A DNA stretch of 64,000 nt from Paragordius varius (lineage: Eukaryota > Animalia > Nematomorpha), in NCBI GenBank assembly GCA_964247055.1, contig OZ176060.1, forward strand, positions 1,550,001-1,614,000, in the 5' to 3' direction. The stretch's first letter is position 1. Every line of letters begins with the position of its first letter. Under the pieces are notes generated by a model that was not told the DNA's origin, ran no database searches, and was given only the letters and a program-made list of their open reading frames with translations. Both the position numbers and the translations under genes were made by a program. Positions 1 to 13,532 of this stretch are shown in pieces.

Positions 1-290
1 TATGCGGATAGTATTGTTCGATAAAGAAGAGTAGGGATGAATTTTATTAATACCCGAGTTCCATTGAACCGACTTGAAAATAGCTGGTTTAATTAAAATC
101 TATCCGATGGTGTGGAGTTTCGGGTTTTTGACCAAAAGATATTTAAAGGAAGTTTAATTCCCATTATTATAATAATTTAGAGTTCGTGCGCATAAAATCG
201 TTGGTAAAGCTTGTGGCAAATTACGCATTGTAGCAATGGTTCGCCATCCTTTTCCATCTTCATCATAAAGATACGGTATTAAGACTATTT
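1..290 (-). mobile_element. Decayed hAT (ZBED5/Buster-like) transposase fragment
   Basis: Minus-strand frames read KDGEPLLQCVICHKL and NPKLHTIG*ILIKPA...SLSNNTIRI. These match the PQCVIC and KPHTIG..LI.PA...LSNNTV.RRI motifs of this family, with stops and frameshifts. Confidence 0.7.
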
Positions 291-1059
291 TTAAGTTTAT
301 TTAACTATAAATCCTGTTTAAGATCTAGTTCCTGGAAAACGGACTAAAATTTATTTAAATGAGTTTAATGTTTATTATTAATAGATAATTGGATTTTTAT
401 ATTCTTTAATTTGTAAAAAAATACAGTAGTAAATAATTGCTTTTTTAAGTGCCAGTTTTGTAAATTTAACATTTATTTCATAAATATACATAAATAGTAT
501 ATCTGAAAATTGGCGGCTCACCTAAGAATTTTTTATTATATAGATAATTTTTGGCCTTGATTCACTTGGATACAACACATTCATTTCAGTCCTTCGATTT
601 AATTTTAGGTAGTTGGATGCCACAGGCTTGTTTAAAATCAAATTTTTCAAAAAGCATGTAATTAATAGAAATCATTAAAAGTTCGCACTATATAACATTA
701 ATAAACAGAAAAAAAAATTCAATAATATTGAGAGGCAAAAGGTAAATATTTAGCCAACATCTATGATAAGCTAAATATGAAATTAATGCAAATTCTACCA
801 CTTTTTTGTTAATATTAATAACAAATGTGATTTTAATAAAATAAACTTTATTTTAAGATTAAATCAATAAACACAATATTTTGAAAAAATATTATAAAAT
901 AAAAATGGCGCCCCAGTAGTTTGATACGTTACTTTTTTCCCAAAACTAAATTTTATTTAGATATTTTGGCTTACCTAATTTTCATTAGTATAGAAGCATA
1001 TATTCAAATTAGAACCGTTTCTTTCAGTAGTTTTTCAAAAATATCTGATTAAATATTGT

Positions 1060-1935
1060 CAGTATTTAGATCCCCCAAATCGATTCGAAGTGTTATCATA
1101 TAACTCAAAATTTTCATTAAAAGTTTTTGATATAGAGCCATATATTTTATAACATTAGAAAGAGCGCAAAACTGTATCTTTCGAATGGTAGTTGGTCATT
1201 TAAATCAATCTGATGTAAAGCTATTTGGGTTTATATGGTCAAAATTTCAAACCTTTAATAAGTGAAAATATTGTTACGTTGGTATAAAATTTAAAAAATC
1301 TCTGAAAATGCTTTTGGTTTGCTTTTTTTAATAAAAATTATATCAAAATTATACCTAGTGAATACTAAAATGCATTGTTATAACTGTAAATTAATTCATA
1401 ACCGCCATAAAGATTAAGAATACCTTATAAACTATTTCTAGTCTTTGATATTTTGAAATTTAAGCCATGCAAAGAAAATAATAAATAATCATATGATGGT
1501 AATTTTTTAAAAAAACAAAAATTGACACAAAAGAATTAAATAATTGTTGTAATCAAAAAAATTCTTTAGTTATCTTTTTAGACATTCATTGTCATCAACA
1601 CAAAGTGTGGCTATTTATCCATTAATTTTAATAATTCAATTAAGTAAAATGCTTTATCGTGGGTTTGTCGCTTTTTATGTCCAATATTAACAGTCAATGT
1701 CAAAAATATTAATATAAATTTTATAGAGTTTTCCTTACTCTTTCGAATGATATATCTATGATCTGTTGTATATTTTCAAAGAAAACCATTTTAGTAAAAT
1801 CGATAAAGAGGGCGCATAATCATGAAAAATCAAATTGTACTAAATCTTAGGTGGAATTATAATTTTAATTTCAGATTTACTGTTATAGTAGTTAATATCC
1901 GATACAGTAAACTCGAGTGGCAGAAAAATTTGTTG
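1060..1935 (-). mobile_element. Diverged reverse-orientation relative of the CAC-terminated element family at 38187-39300
   Basis: 1700-1935 (GATAAAGAGGGCGCATAATCA, AAACTCGAGTGGCAGAAAAATTTGTTG) is the reverse complement of that element's 5' part. 1130-1260 matches its 3' internal part. Ends are not resolved. Confidence 0.6.
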
Positions 1936-2032
1936 TTTTAAATTATTGTTGTTACTAGTTATATTTTCTTTTACTGATTAAGAAAAATTAAATATGAAAA
2001 GGTAAGAATTATAATAAAGGATTTTATGTAAA

Positions 2033-3158
2033 CACTGTGTGCAAAAAAAATTTTAACGCAATAATTTTTTTTCATGAGATAGCTTATGACCAGCGAATTC
2101 ATTTGCCGCAAAAATTTCCTAGTTTTTGATATATTAGGAAAAATAAAAATATGGCAAAAAGATTAAATTAAGGAAAATTAGGGATCAAAAAATAATGAAG
2201 AAATTAGAGATTGGTTTATTATCAAGATATTTTCAATATATATAAAGCCTTTATGTTCATCCAAAAGATGGCTTTTTTCTTTTAACACACTTAAAAGACA
2301 AAAATTTTTTTATGAAACTATATTAAAATATTTTTTTTAATTATTTACTAGCTAACTCACTATTAAAATCATAACATTCATATTTTATTTGGTAAAAAAA
2401 ACTTCTATATCAAAATATAACTAATAAATATTGTTTTTTATTTTATTTTTTTGTCATGTGGTGTATGAGTATTCAGGAATCTTACATGAGTGGGTGTAAT
2501 AAAATAATTTATATAAAATAGTATCTAAAAGTAATGGAATATCAACCAACAATTCGTACGAATCCCTGTAACAGGTTTGTTTTAACACAAATTAATATTT
2601 TTACTGAATATATACGGATATTCGTTGATTTTGCTATACTTTTAAATCCTATTTTGCATAAATTTTATACTTTATATTTAACATGTGGAATTTCAAAATA
2701 AAAGAGTAATTTTTCATACACTCATAAACCAGATTAAAAATGTAAAAATAAAAAAAATATTTTTTAATTTTGATATTGTTAAGATTTTAATAGAGAGTTT
2801 AGCTAAATTATTAAAAAAATATTTTAATATATTTTCATAAAAAATATTTTGTCTTTTAAGTGTGTTAAAAAAACGGTATCTTTTGAGCTGATATTTTATA
2901 GAAACCCTAACTATGTGATTTAGGGCTATTTATATATTGATATCTTCATAATAAACCACAATATCTTAATATCATTATATTTTTTGAATTATCCTTAATT
3001 ATACTTAATTTTATCTTTATGCCCGATTTTAATTTTCTCCTAATATATCAAAACTAGGTCGTCAACAAATAATTTATCCGGAAAATGAATTCGCTGGTCA
3101 TAAGGTATCTCATGATAATTTTTTTTTGTTAAAATAACCCTCTTTTTTGCACACAGTG
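2033..3158. mobile_element. Foldback non-autonomous DNA transposon with CACTG...CAGTG termini
   Basis: CACTGTGTGCAAAA at 2033 and TTTTGCACACAGTG ending at 3158. Imperfect inverted arms run for over 400 bp (e.g. ATGACCAGCGAATTCAT / ATGAATTCGCTGGTCAT). AAA flanks both ends. Confidence 0.75.
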
Positions 3159-3289
3159 AAATAGAAATGCAATAGATTTACATATTTTTATTTCTTGCTC
3201 TTGCCCATTCCTCGCCTTTATACTTATATCCATTTGTAATTCCTTTTTAGTGTACATTTTTCAATATTAATAATTTGCATCATAAAATG

Positions 3290-4094
3290 ACATATCATGA
3301 AGAATATCTTTTATATGGTTTTATAGCTGTTTAAAAAGATGGCAAACCATTATAATGCCAATTTGCTACATTCTTCCAATGATTTTACAAGGTTAGACAG
3401 CACCTTAGTCAAACGAGTTTTTAAAAGACAAACCAATATCTTTTTTCTAATCCAATACTTCTAATGTAATATCCCAAAAAACATTAAATTTATTAATGTA
3501 TATCGATTTCAAGAGTAAAATTAAAAAATTTGTTTTCGACCTTAATTCGACCTACAATCTAAAAATTTATTTATTAATAATTTAACAGTTGATCATTATG
3601 ATTTTCTTGCGAAGGAATTTGCTAAATATTTTTGAGATCCTTTATATGAATGGTTAGTTAGTTTTATATTAAATCCAATCACAATCGATGTAAACAATCT
3701 TCCGATAGAAGTACAGGAAGAGGCATTAGAGTTGAATAATTTCTATTAAAAATCCTTTGCCTTTATTAATAACGAGAAATTTTGGATAAAAGCGCACATG
3801 TATGCAAAATGATTTGAAATTGCCTTTAGATATTCTGGATCAACGTATTTATGTTCCTCTGGATTCTCAAACTTGGTTCAATTAAAAAATAAATCCGAAA
3901 CAAATTGAAGGTTAACGATAAATTTTTGTCCCCGATACTGATAAAATAATTCAATCATTGAAAATACAAGCGCCTTATTGATTATAACTATTATAATATG
4001 ATTTCGCATTTTCTTTGTCGTTGGTGTGTATAGACGATGGGGGGCTATTTTTTTCAATTTAATTGGGCCTGAACAAAAAAAATGGGAACCACTG
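3290..4094 (+). mobile_element. Internally deleted hAT (Charlie/Buster-like) relic
   Basis: YHEEYLLYGFIAV*KDGKP near 3295 and GSTYLCSSGFSNLVQLKNK near 3835 (hAT dimerisation motif). A terminal TGGGAACCACTG lies at 4083-4094. Confidence 0.7.
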
Positions 4095-4238
4095 GTTTAG
4101 ATGTCGCAGGATTTCCTCACATTACAAAACAGGCCGAAAATCCTTAAAATTTTTTGATTTTAAATAAAGTCACAATGAGCTAATATTTGATTGGTAATAA
4201 TATATGATATATGAAAGAAATTTAAGTGTTTTAACCAG

Positions 4239-4472
4239 CGGAGGCGTAGTGGGCGCCGTAGTTAAAGGGGCGCCGGATTTTAAAAAATTTGTTTTTATTT
4301 TAAAAAATAGGTATTTAGAAGTTATTTTTTAATAATACACAAGAAATTACCTATTTATGAGTGGTCATTAACACGGTTTGAATTATTTTTAAAATAAAAG
4401 GGGTATTAAGAGGGGGGGGCGGGGGGGGGGGGGGGGGCTATCACGGATTCAAGTAAGAAATGCAAGTCCCTG
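4239..4472 (+). mobile_element. MITE, truncated copy of the family at 11642-11917 and 35274-35503; contains a G8-C-G17 tract
   Basis: Shares TAGTT..AGGGGCGCCGGATTT, TTTATGAGTGGT, ACGGATT and AAATGCAAG blocks with the other two copies. No TSD is seen. Confidence 0.7.
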
Positions 4473-6749
4473 AATATATGTGCTAAGAAAATTTATAAGG
4501 ATCTTTTAAAGCATTTGCTATTATTAAAGTCATTTAAAATTATACTTTGTGATGTGCTTTTTTATATCAATTGGACAAATTGAAGCATATTCTTATAAAT
4601 TTTTTGGTGAAAACTAAATGTTTCAGTCCCAACATATCAGTCACTAAAGTATAATATAAACATTATATAAAAGGCAAAATATTTTTCAAAAAATCTATTT
4701 TGTGGCTTCCTACGTCTTGAATTGCTATCCTAAAATAGCTAGTTCTCTTAAAATAAAGTCCGAAATGCCGAAATCTCGCAATAAAATTTTTTAATTATAT
4801 GCTGAATTTAGATATCAACTTATATTATTCTGCAAAAATGCATACTTTTCTAACCAATTTAATTTAAGCAAAATTAGCGTACTTCATTTTTGGTCATGAT
4901 TAACTGGTATAAAAACGCTACTAGATTATAAAACAATTTTTATATTATTCGATGCTGAACATTTCTATCACCTTTTTTTAATATAAAGGCTCGTTTACTT
5001 AAATTTTATGGTAATTTTATGTAAAATAAATAATTTATTTTTAACATATATCTGAAAGACGAACGATTTTAATCACAATTCTGAGCTGATAGAAATTCAG
5101 CATCATCGTATTATAAAAAATATTTAGTAATCCTAAAGTTTTATACCGTCATCATGGCTCAAATTATTGCTAAAACCAAATATTTTTGGTTTATATCTAA
5201 AAAATTTCGCGTAATTTCGGCTAGTCATTTTTTGTTTTTTTAGAAAATAGCTCTTTTCAAAAGAGCTAAAAAAATTCAGATTTTCTGAGTCGATACCTAA
5301 AAATTAAAAATTATTAAAAATATTTTCTTTATACATGAAGTTGGTGTGATATTTTATAATATTTTTTTGAATGAGGCATTTATCTTTCAAAAAAAATTAT
5401 GTTCAAATTCTGCCATTTTGTGATATGGTGAAATCGCTCCAAAAGTATAAATAGCTAAACACCCACATGGGCCAAAACCAGAAACACCATGACCCTACTA
5501 TTTCCTATAATAGCAGTAGATATGTTATACCATACATTTTTGTCGATACATTTATATGTATGGGAAATTGATACTTGCAGTCGCTTAAAATTACAATTAA
5601 AAGTTTAGACTTCGAAAACTATGATCGGTTAATTTAGATCCAAGAGGCAGACTAATGATATATTCTTTATCTAAAAGTGTCAATATGACAAAACTACCAA
5701 TGATATTAAACATAACGAAATTTAAGAAATTAAAAACAAGAAATTATTCTTACTTTATTAATTTTATAAAACGTAAAGTTGTTTGGTAAGATGTTTATTA
5801 AGGTAACTTCTTTAGATCTTAAGTGAACTTTATCGCGAATTAAAAGAGATAAAACTTAACACAAAAACAATCCTAGAGCATAATTATAAAAAATTAAAGT
5901 TAAAAGTGTGTTAAATTGGACATACTTTTATAGTATTAAAAATTTGCACAATCGATTGATCCTTAATAATTCTTTATTTTAATTTGGCTAACGATGAGTT
6001 TGGTAACGAATGGCGGATAGTATCCTAGTATATGTAATTTATATTATTTATTATTGTTTAAATTTGTAATTTTAAAAGTTTATATATTTTTATATTATAA
6101 TTTAATTCTTCTTAAATTAATTGTTTTGATATTTTACAATTTTTACTTTATTCAGCCCTGATTTCATATTTGTAAGTCGTCTTATTTAGATTTATTTTTA
6201 ATAAAACCTGTGGCAAAATGTTTTCCAATAACCCTTTCTAAACCATTATTCACAGTCAATGAAATCCCATTTTGTAAAAAATAAGCGTCATTGTTAAAAC
6301 ATATTTTCTATAACATTGACTGTTCATCATATATTTGTAAATATGCCCCCCACGTCCAAATAATTATACAGACTCTATGAATTTAAGATTTCAAAAAATA
6401 ATCACAAAATTTACAAAAAATGTGTATATTCATAACAATAATTTAAAGCCACAAAACCAAAAAACTTTGAAAATAACATTTTATCGGAATATTAATTTTT
6501 TCTTTATATTTCGCGTTAAACATTGTCCAGAAAGATATCGTAATATGAAAACAGCAAATAAATACCTATATTTGCGCATAAATAAAAATCAGCTATAATA
6601 TATTTAAAAAATTTTCTGGATTCGGACAACTTCTTTATATTACTTGCAAACCTAAGGTTTATTTATTGACACAATTTGATTGAATTGACTTAAATATATA
6701 TGTTATATTGATTCAATAAATTTACATTCTTTATGAGATACATTTATAA

Positions 6750-8170
6750 ATTAGACATAAAATAATCCTATCCAGTGTAAAACGAATGAACCTTGGAAAT
6801 ATGTTTTTGCATTTTCAAATGTTTTTACGATGTGCAGTGTTTAACATTGTTTCATCCATTTTTCTCGCATCTAAAATAGAATTTATATAACTTGGCCCAA
6901 TATTTTTATTCTTCGGAGGGACATCAAGTTTTCTTCTTTTTACAAATACAAAAACATTATTGCCCAATTCTAAATAATTAATTCCGTCCGTTCTTGTGAC
7001 AATTATTCTTTAAATGGTCTTCAACTGGCCCATAAATTAAGTTAAAATAAGTTATCCAATTCTTTTTTTAAACTTAGATAATATTATAAAATTTGGTTGT
7101 TGTAAACCATATGGAAAACACAAAGTTAAATTTCCATTTATTGATGCATTTTAAAAAATCAATAAATGTTATATACCTTAAAAATGGTGCTTAATGCTAT
7201 TGCAACCATCATTCCTTTAATCTTACATACCTCACGAGAACTCCCTCTATTAATTTATAATGTATTTGATAGATAATGGGTTTTTTCCGTATTGCCGTTA
7301 TAAAAACCATGCCTTTTTCTATAATATTTGGAAAACCAAGCTTGTAACATTGTGTCATTTTATCATTTATATTTAAACATAAAAATCATAACCTTCATCA
7401 TGTAGGTATCTTAATTATTTCTATAATTGTTAATTATTTTCATTAAAATTGTTGATTTTCTAAAGTTTTGGCTTTAGTTCCCGATCATAGCTTTAATAAT
7501 CACTAACTAAAAAAGAGACATATGCCGACCCATTTGAACATAATTTTTAATTTAGAAAGGACTTAGGCAATATGATTGTATATCACATTCTAGCCAAATG
7601 ACACAAACGGCATAGATTAAAATATTACCTTATTTAATATTTTAATACCGCTCTTTCTTATTTAAAATTATATTATTGAATTACATTAAATAATTATTGG
7701 TGTTTATTTTTTTAATAATTATACAAGAATAACAATAGCTTCCTTTACAAGTGGTATGGACTCTCAAAAAACTCCAAACTCTAATTTTAAGCATAAACTC
7801 CTAAATCAAGTTTTTTCATTTTTTTAATATTTTGTTTTTGGCCTATTGCACTCTTATCTTGGATATATCAATGTTCTATTAAATAATGCTCATGTCTCCT
7901 TGATTATGCCAAAAATTTGTTTTATACTTTAATTATCAAACTTTAAACTACTTTACATAGTTATATTTTATCTTTCCTGGTGACGTCCCTTATCAGTTTT
8001 AGTAAATCCACTTGAATTTCTTCATTTTTCGCTTAAGTTGGTGAGTCATAATTCATGGTCGACAAAATAAATGCTCTGAATCCTTCATCTTGATTAATAT
8101 TACAACAAAAATCTTTTTCTCCAATTATCCAGCTGCACTATATCCTATTATTTCCCTGTTATGGAATCAT
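6750..8170 (-). mobile_element. Heavily decayed RTE-like LINE fragment (endonuclease region)
   Basis: Near 7960-8060 the minus strand reads DSPT*AKNEEIQVDLLKLIRDVTRKDKI, resembling the YAPT...EE...L...I..V...D motif of RTE AP-endonucleases. Limits are approximate. Confidence 0.45.
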
Positions 8171-8202
8171 CAGCGCTTAACACCCCTATTAATGATAATA
8201 TA

Positions 8203-8822
8203 CCATTTACACTTCAAGAGTGTCCTTGAACAATTCAAGTTGGTCTTTGAACAATTCAAGTTGGTCCTTGAACAGTTCAAGTTGGTCCTTGAACAATTCA
8301 AGTTGTTCCTTAAACAATTCAAGTTTGTCCTTGAACAATTCAAGTTGGTCCTTAAAATTTATAAATTTTGATTTAACCAAAATTTTTGCATATATTTATT
8401 TATTTTATTATTTATTTACCTAATTTTCTTTATTTATTATATATTTATTCTTTTAAAAATAAAATATTATACTGAAAAACCACTTTTTTTGTTTCAAACT
8501 TTTTTTCAATTCAACAAAATTATTGACTTTTAAATGTTTTTAATGAAAAATTTTAATTTATAACCCAAAAAACTTATATAATTTTTCATTTTATGTTAAA
8601 ATCTTATAATATCCAAATTTATTTTAAGAAATTAATAAAGATATACGGTTTTTCAAAGATTAAAAGTTGATATCGATTTAAAATTTATGTTAAATAATAG
8701 AAAATAGGTTAAAAACAATAAAATAGACGAATTATCGATTTGATTGATAAAAGTTAAAAACAAAGCAAAAAAGTTAAAGGACCAACTTGAATTGTTCAAG
8801 GACACTCTTGAAGTGTAAATGG
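8203..8822. mobile_element. MITE with perfect 43-bp TIRs flanked by TA
   Basis: CCATTTACACTTCAAGAGTGTCCTTGAACAATTCAAGTTGGTC at 8203 has an exact reverse complement ending at 8822. TA flanks both ends, and the exact boundary is ambiguous by 2 bp. Confidence 0.8.
8222..8368 (+). repeat. 21-bp tandem repeat GTCCTTGAACAATTCAAGTTG, six copies plus a degenerate seventh
   Basis: Directly visible. It explains the periodic ORFs 8090-8371 and 8220-8423. Confidence 0.95.
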
Positions 8823-8999
8823 TATATATTCAATTTTCGACTCAAGATATATTGATACGTTGAAAATAAAATGTACGCATCTAATCTTACACAATCGGAT
8901 AACAGTTGTTGACTTGAAACTTTAGCATGTCAGAAAAAGATTAACAGTACACAAAAATGTGTAATATCTTTTATACTAACACACTTATTCCTCATTATA

Positions 9000-10400
9000 A
9001 TAAAAGATTATACGCTAAAAGATGATGCACGTAATGCCCCTAAGTTAATTTAAAACCATCAGAAAGACTAAGACGTCTCTCTTCTGGTATATTAACTATA
9101 CCTAGATTGCTAAGCGTCCGTTTCTCATATCCTTTTTAAATACCGCATATTAAAAGCTTTTTCCTCCAATAAATCAGCATAGCCCTTTTTTCAAAATAAT
9201 TTTTAACTTTCATACTACATGAATTTAAGTATTTTCCAGGCATACATCCTAACTGATTATTCTGTATACTTATTCTTTTTCGCCTCTCAATAATTTTAAA
9301 TAACTTAACAGTATGTGGCAAAAGTTAAATGTCCCTGTAATCATTACTACCTTTGTATGCCTTTTACACTCTGTTTTCATTTGCATGATAATGCTTTTTC
9401 TAAGAATTTTTTTGTAAAAACTTATATCTTATATCCTACTTCACTCCAGCATAACAATAGTATGTCATCTGGCCCGATAGTTTTATTTTGTCATCTATAT
9501 TATCACTTCATAACCTTTTGACTTTTTTTATTCGCAATGATATTTTAGGATTTTATTTCCCAGACCCCAAACTCGTAAATTAATTACTGTTTCGAAATTT
9601 ATATAAAATTTAATTATCATTTTTTTCCTGCATTAAAATATTTTTTATATTTTTGTAACTTTTAGAAAAATCTGGGACAGCCCAAATTTGTAAAATCAAT
9701 AAATATCAAGTTTTTACTGGTAGCATCAAAATAATTTGATTTTTCTAAGATTAATTTATTTGCCTAATGTAATAGCGGTTAAAATGGTGGCAAAAAGATA
9801 AGTCTTTTTCACAATTCATTTTTAAATTTAAAGCATGTGCCTTAAAAGATAAAAAAGCATATTTTAAAATTGGCCTTTGAGATACTCAATTTGAAATTGT
9901 TATGATAAAAAGACTACCACAAAGGTCATTATATATATTTTCTAATTCCGTTAAAATGTTATTGCCTTAAGTGAGTGATAAAAAAATTTGTTCGAATCCT
10001 CTTCTATTCTTAACAATATTCTTTTCATCCATTCAATATAATATTTTTTTCCAAAATATGCTCTACATCATTTCCCTTTAACAATCTTGCCCAGGAACAT
10101 TCAAATTTCTTTGTTAATATTTTATAAACCGTATTAATCCCCAACTTTCAATTCTGATGCTTTTTAGTGATCTCCACTTATTATTCTATTTAGCTACATT
10201 TGCTATTTAACTTCATATAACTAAGCCGCCTTAAAGGTTGTAGTTTTCATCCCACAATGCCTCCTCAAGATTTGACTAATAAGCGTCCATTTTTATTTAT
10301 GATCAAGTTCTAAAAAGATTTTCTTTTTATGAGCTACTTAACGGCATTTTGTCGCTTGTAAGTGTTGTTTATCCATCTTGTGTGATGTCTCCTGTTGCAT
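9000..10400 (-). mobile_element. Decayed RTE-clade LINE reverse transcriptase fragment
   Basis: ORF 9136-9321 reads HTVKLFKIIERRKRISIQNNQLGCMPGK, matching the RTE HTMKLWERVIE.R...ISENQFGFMPG motif. Limits are approximate. Confidence 0.65.
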
Positions 10401-10449
10401 TATTAGCTAATCCAACGAACAGCATCTATTACATTTTCTAGATTCTTCA

Positions 10450-13400
10450 ACTTTTCAAGGAAACTGATTAAATTTTTTGGCTATATTGATATGGAGTAAA
10501 GAGCTTTAATTTAAGGCATAAGCCGTATAAACATTTAAGGCTTGATTTCAAGGATTTCTGTGTTTTTAATTTTTTCTTTTCAATTGATCTAAAGCTTGAT
10601 CCAACCATTTCGAAAGCATTGATATAGCTTTAATCTCCCTTTTTTAGTGTTCAAATCTGTTCGGCGTAAAGCGTGTTTGGGAAAATGAATTTGACTAATC
10701 TAACTTTGATTGTAAATTATATGTCTTGAGATGACCATACTTTGTTGTATTTCATCATGCTCGCTGGCAAATTGTTCTTCTCCTGATAGCAGGGGTGCTA
10801 TTAGTTGTGTTAATTAACCGATATAAAGAAATTGTGGTACGACAGGGTTTTGAGTATCCATGAATGTTAAGTATATATATTGAATTTTTTAGTTTATGTC
10901 CATGACATTTGTTGTACTATAATTGGTGTTTAAATTCATGGTAAGTAGTGTTAGGAGTAAAATGAAGTTGTCTAGTGAGTTTTAGCAGAACATGAGTGAG
11001 GATATAAACGGCAACTTTTACTCTTAATCATTTGTCTATATTGGATGCCTGTAATCCAGATGTTGAAGAGAATCAGAGAGAACCGACGTTGACGTAATCC
11101 GTTGTTGATTGGTACCCAGTTTCCAATGCTATGTGGAGTCGATATACTCAAAAGTGAGTTTGAGTATAGATATTATTTTAATAATGTGATCTGATAAATT
11201 CAATTTGAGGTAGTGCCCTCCGGCTATCAAAGGCTTTTGCGAAATCGATGCATATGTGGGTTTTATTTAAAAATTCGATTTTTCGAGGATTAAAGGTTTT
11301 GTGGTAACCATATCTCTGAATCTAAATGGGTGTTGGACAATTTGGATTCTACTGTCCCTTTAATGCGTTTAAGATGATTTTTTAAAAAAACCTATAAGTT
11401 TAATTTAGGGTGAATTTCCCAGAATCATCTTGGTTGCGCACCAATCTGTGAGGGAAATGTTAGTGTTTTTTTTATTTTTATATTATTTTATTTTATATAT
11501 TTCCAAATAGAATCCACATTCTATTGATTGTCTTATTGTCATTTTGTGTGTTGTATTTTTATAATTTTGGTTTAATCAATTTATATATCAATATTTAACT
11601 GTATGGATTTGTACTGATCTTTCGGGAAAGAAGCGTCAGTGCAAGGGCGTAGTTAGGGGGAAAGAAAGGAAGCATGATGCACCGAGAACTATAGTTAGAG
11701 GGGCGCCGGATTTAGTAAATTTTAATTTTATTTCAAAAAAATAGGTATGTAAAAGTTATTATTTTAAATTATACATAAAAATTCATTCATTTATGAGTGG
11801 TCATGTTGTACGGGTTGAAGAATTCGATTATATTTTTAAAATGCAAGAGGTTGCATGGAGCGGGGGTGCCATTACGGATTTATGCACCGGTCACCGAAAA
11901 TGCAAGCTCTGCCTCTGCGTCAGTGAATATTTTTTAGAAAAGTTGTGTGAGGATGCCGGTAAGAGAGGGATCATCTCGGTTGGAATGTCGTTGCAATCAA
12001 TGAGTTATTTTTCGTTGAATGATCGAGAGCCTGTTATTGAATTCTGGTAATCTGGAGCCGTTGAATCGCCACTTATTTCTCCCTTATGAACTAGTGAGCT
12101 CTTGTTAGTAATAATGTCTCCTACTTCATTTTTCATTGCAATTAGACTTGGGTCGTATTACGTGGTCTAGGATTTTATGAAAATCGTCGTTGTTTTTTTT
12201 GGCAGCGATCACTAGTGTGAGAGAGATTGTTAGGGGCTTTCTTTATCAGGGGCGCTTTCTTGGGACTCTCTGTTGAGTGATTTGCTTTCTAGGAGGTTGT
12301 TAGATAGCTTTTCTTGACATTTAACTGTTAAATATATTTTTTACGATAATATAATATTATTATAATATGGTTTTGGGGATTTTGTTGGCTGTACTCTTGG
12401 TTACTTTTTGTAATCGCTGAGTATAGACTATCACCAACATCATAAGTATTCAGTATATCGAATATGTTTTAAATAAGCATCGTAAATCATTGGCACTGTA
12501 GAATATTATAGTTTAAATTTGTGCTGTAGTTTTGGTTTAGAAGAGAAGCAATTTGATTTTTAGTTTTGCCAGAAGTAAACTTAGACCGAAAATACAGTCG
12601 GAAGAGGTTTTTATGTTTGGAAGACTGATTGGCATCTATATATCCATGGTACAAAGTCTATCTGATTATTATGTTTCCTATATTGTGAATCCAAGTGTAA
12701 AGCTGTCTTTTGGTCTTGTGGAAAAGAGAGATTAAGCATAGCTTCTGTTCAATGCTATCTATCGTTTTTATTACCAAGTTCGTGTCCACCAGTTTAAATG
12801 ATACGTAATGTCCGTCCCTATGATATTTAACAACCGATTATAAGGGCGATGCCTTTTTTGGTTTTTGATAGCGGTGCTAAGAGTGTCGTGTAATTGTTCG
12901 CACTCCTCATTTTATTAAAAATGGTGGGGGCATAATCTTGGGATATAGTAATCGGCGAGTAATTGGGTAAAATCGTAAAACTCTGATAGGATATCTAATT
13001 ATAAATTTCAGAAAATTGGCAAGCTTTGGTTAATATTCGCTTCACACCGTTACGTTTGTTTCGTGACATTATTAAATAGGATGTATTATCACATTGGATG
13101 ATCGGTTGAAGAAATATGCAGAAGATCCTTAGTATTATGATGTAGAGTTAGTCCATTTCTTTTATAACAATATCGATTACGTGATTAGAACCACGGGTGT
13201 TCCGTGTTCCCATAGAATTTATTAGTTGAAAATTTAAGGTTGTTTGCAGCAGACATTGTGCGTCGTAATGGATAGGAAAAATAAAAGATAAGTTTGGTAA
13301 TCTCTTACAGGATATAAGTATTTTTGTGGTTGATAAATATGATAGAATTATGTTAAAATTGTGGCATCCAGGGATTAAGTGAGATCGGGATATTTTTAAG
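10450..13400 (-). mobile_element. Decayed CR1/Jockey-like LINE, interrupted by the MITE at 11642-11917
   Basis: HICIDFAKAFDS at about 11225-11260, with weaker RT- and endonuclease-like segments on either side and many stops. Limits are approximate. Confidence 0.65.
11642..11917 (+). mobile_element. hAT-type MITE, 276 bp, with a perfect 8-bp TSD
   Basis: Termini CAAGGGCGTAGTT...AGCTCTGCCTCTG. CGTCAGTG occurs at 11634-11641 and 11918-11925. Confidence 0.9.
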
Positions 13401-13532
13401 AATATTGTGATGTGTTGATTTTAAAAGTTTTTGTGATGACAACTTTTAGCGTATAAACAATGTAATATTTGAAATCATCCACCAATATGTAATATTTAAA
13501 CGACATATATGGTATACGTTGAGGATCTAAAC

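Noticed and set aside
3190-3260. Minus-strand YKGEEWARARN resembling the P450 C-helix WxxxR
   Set aside because: It is on the wrong strand for the CYP gene, has no flanking P450 context, and is probably chance.
8222-8368. Palindromic direct repeats that suggest a CRISPR array
   Set aside because: The units are head-to-tail with no unique spacers, lie inside a MITE TIR, have no cas genes nearby, and the context is eukaryotic.
8090-8423. ORFs with VLEQFKL and SLNNSSW repeats
   Set aside because: They are translations of the 21-bp tandem repeat, which stays in frame in two frames. There is no splice or homology support.
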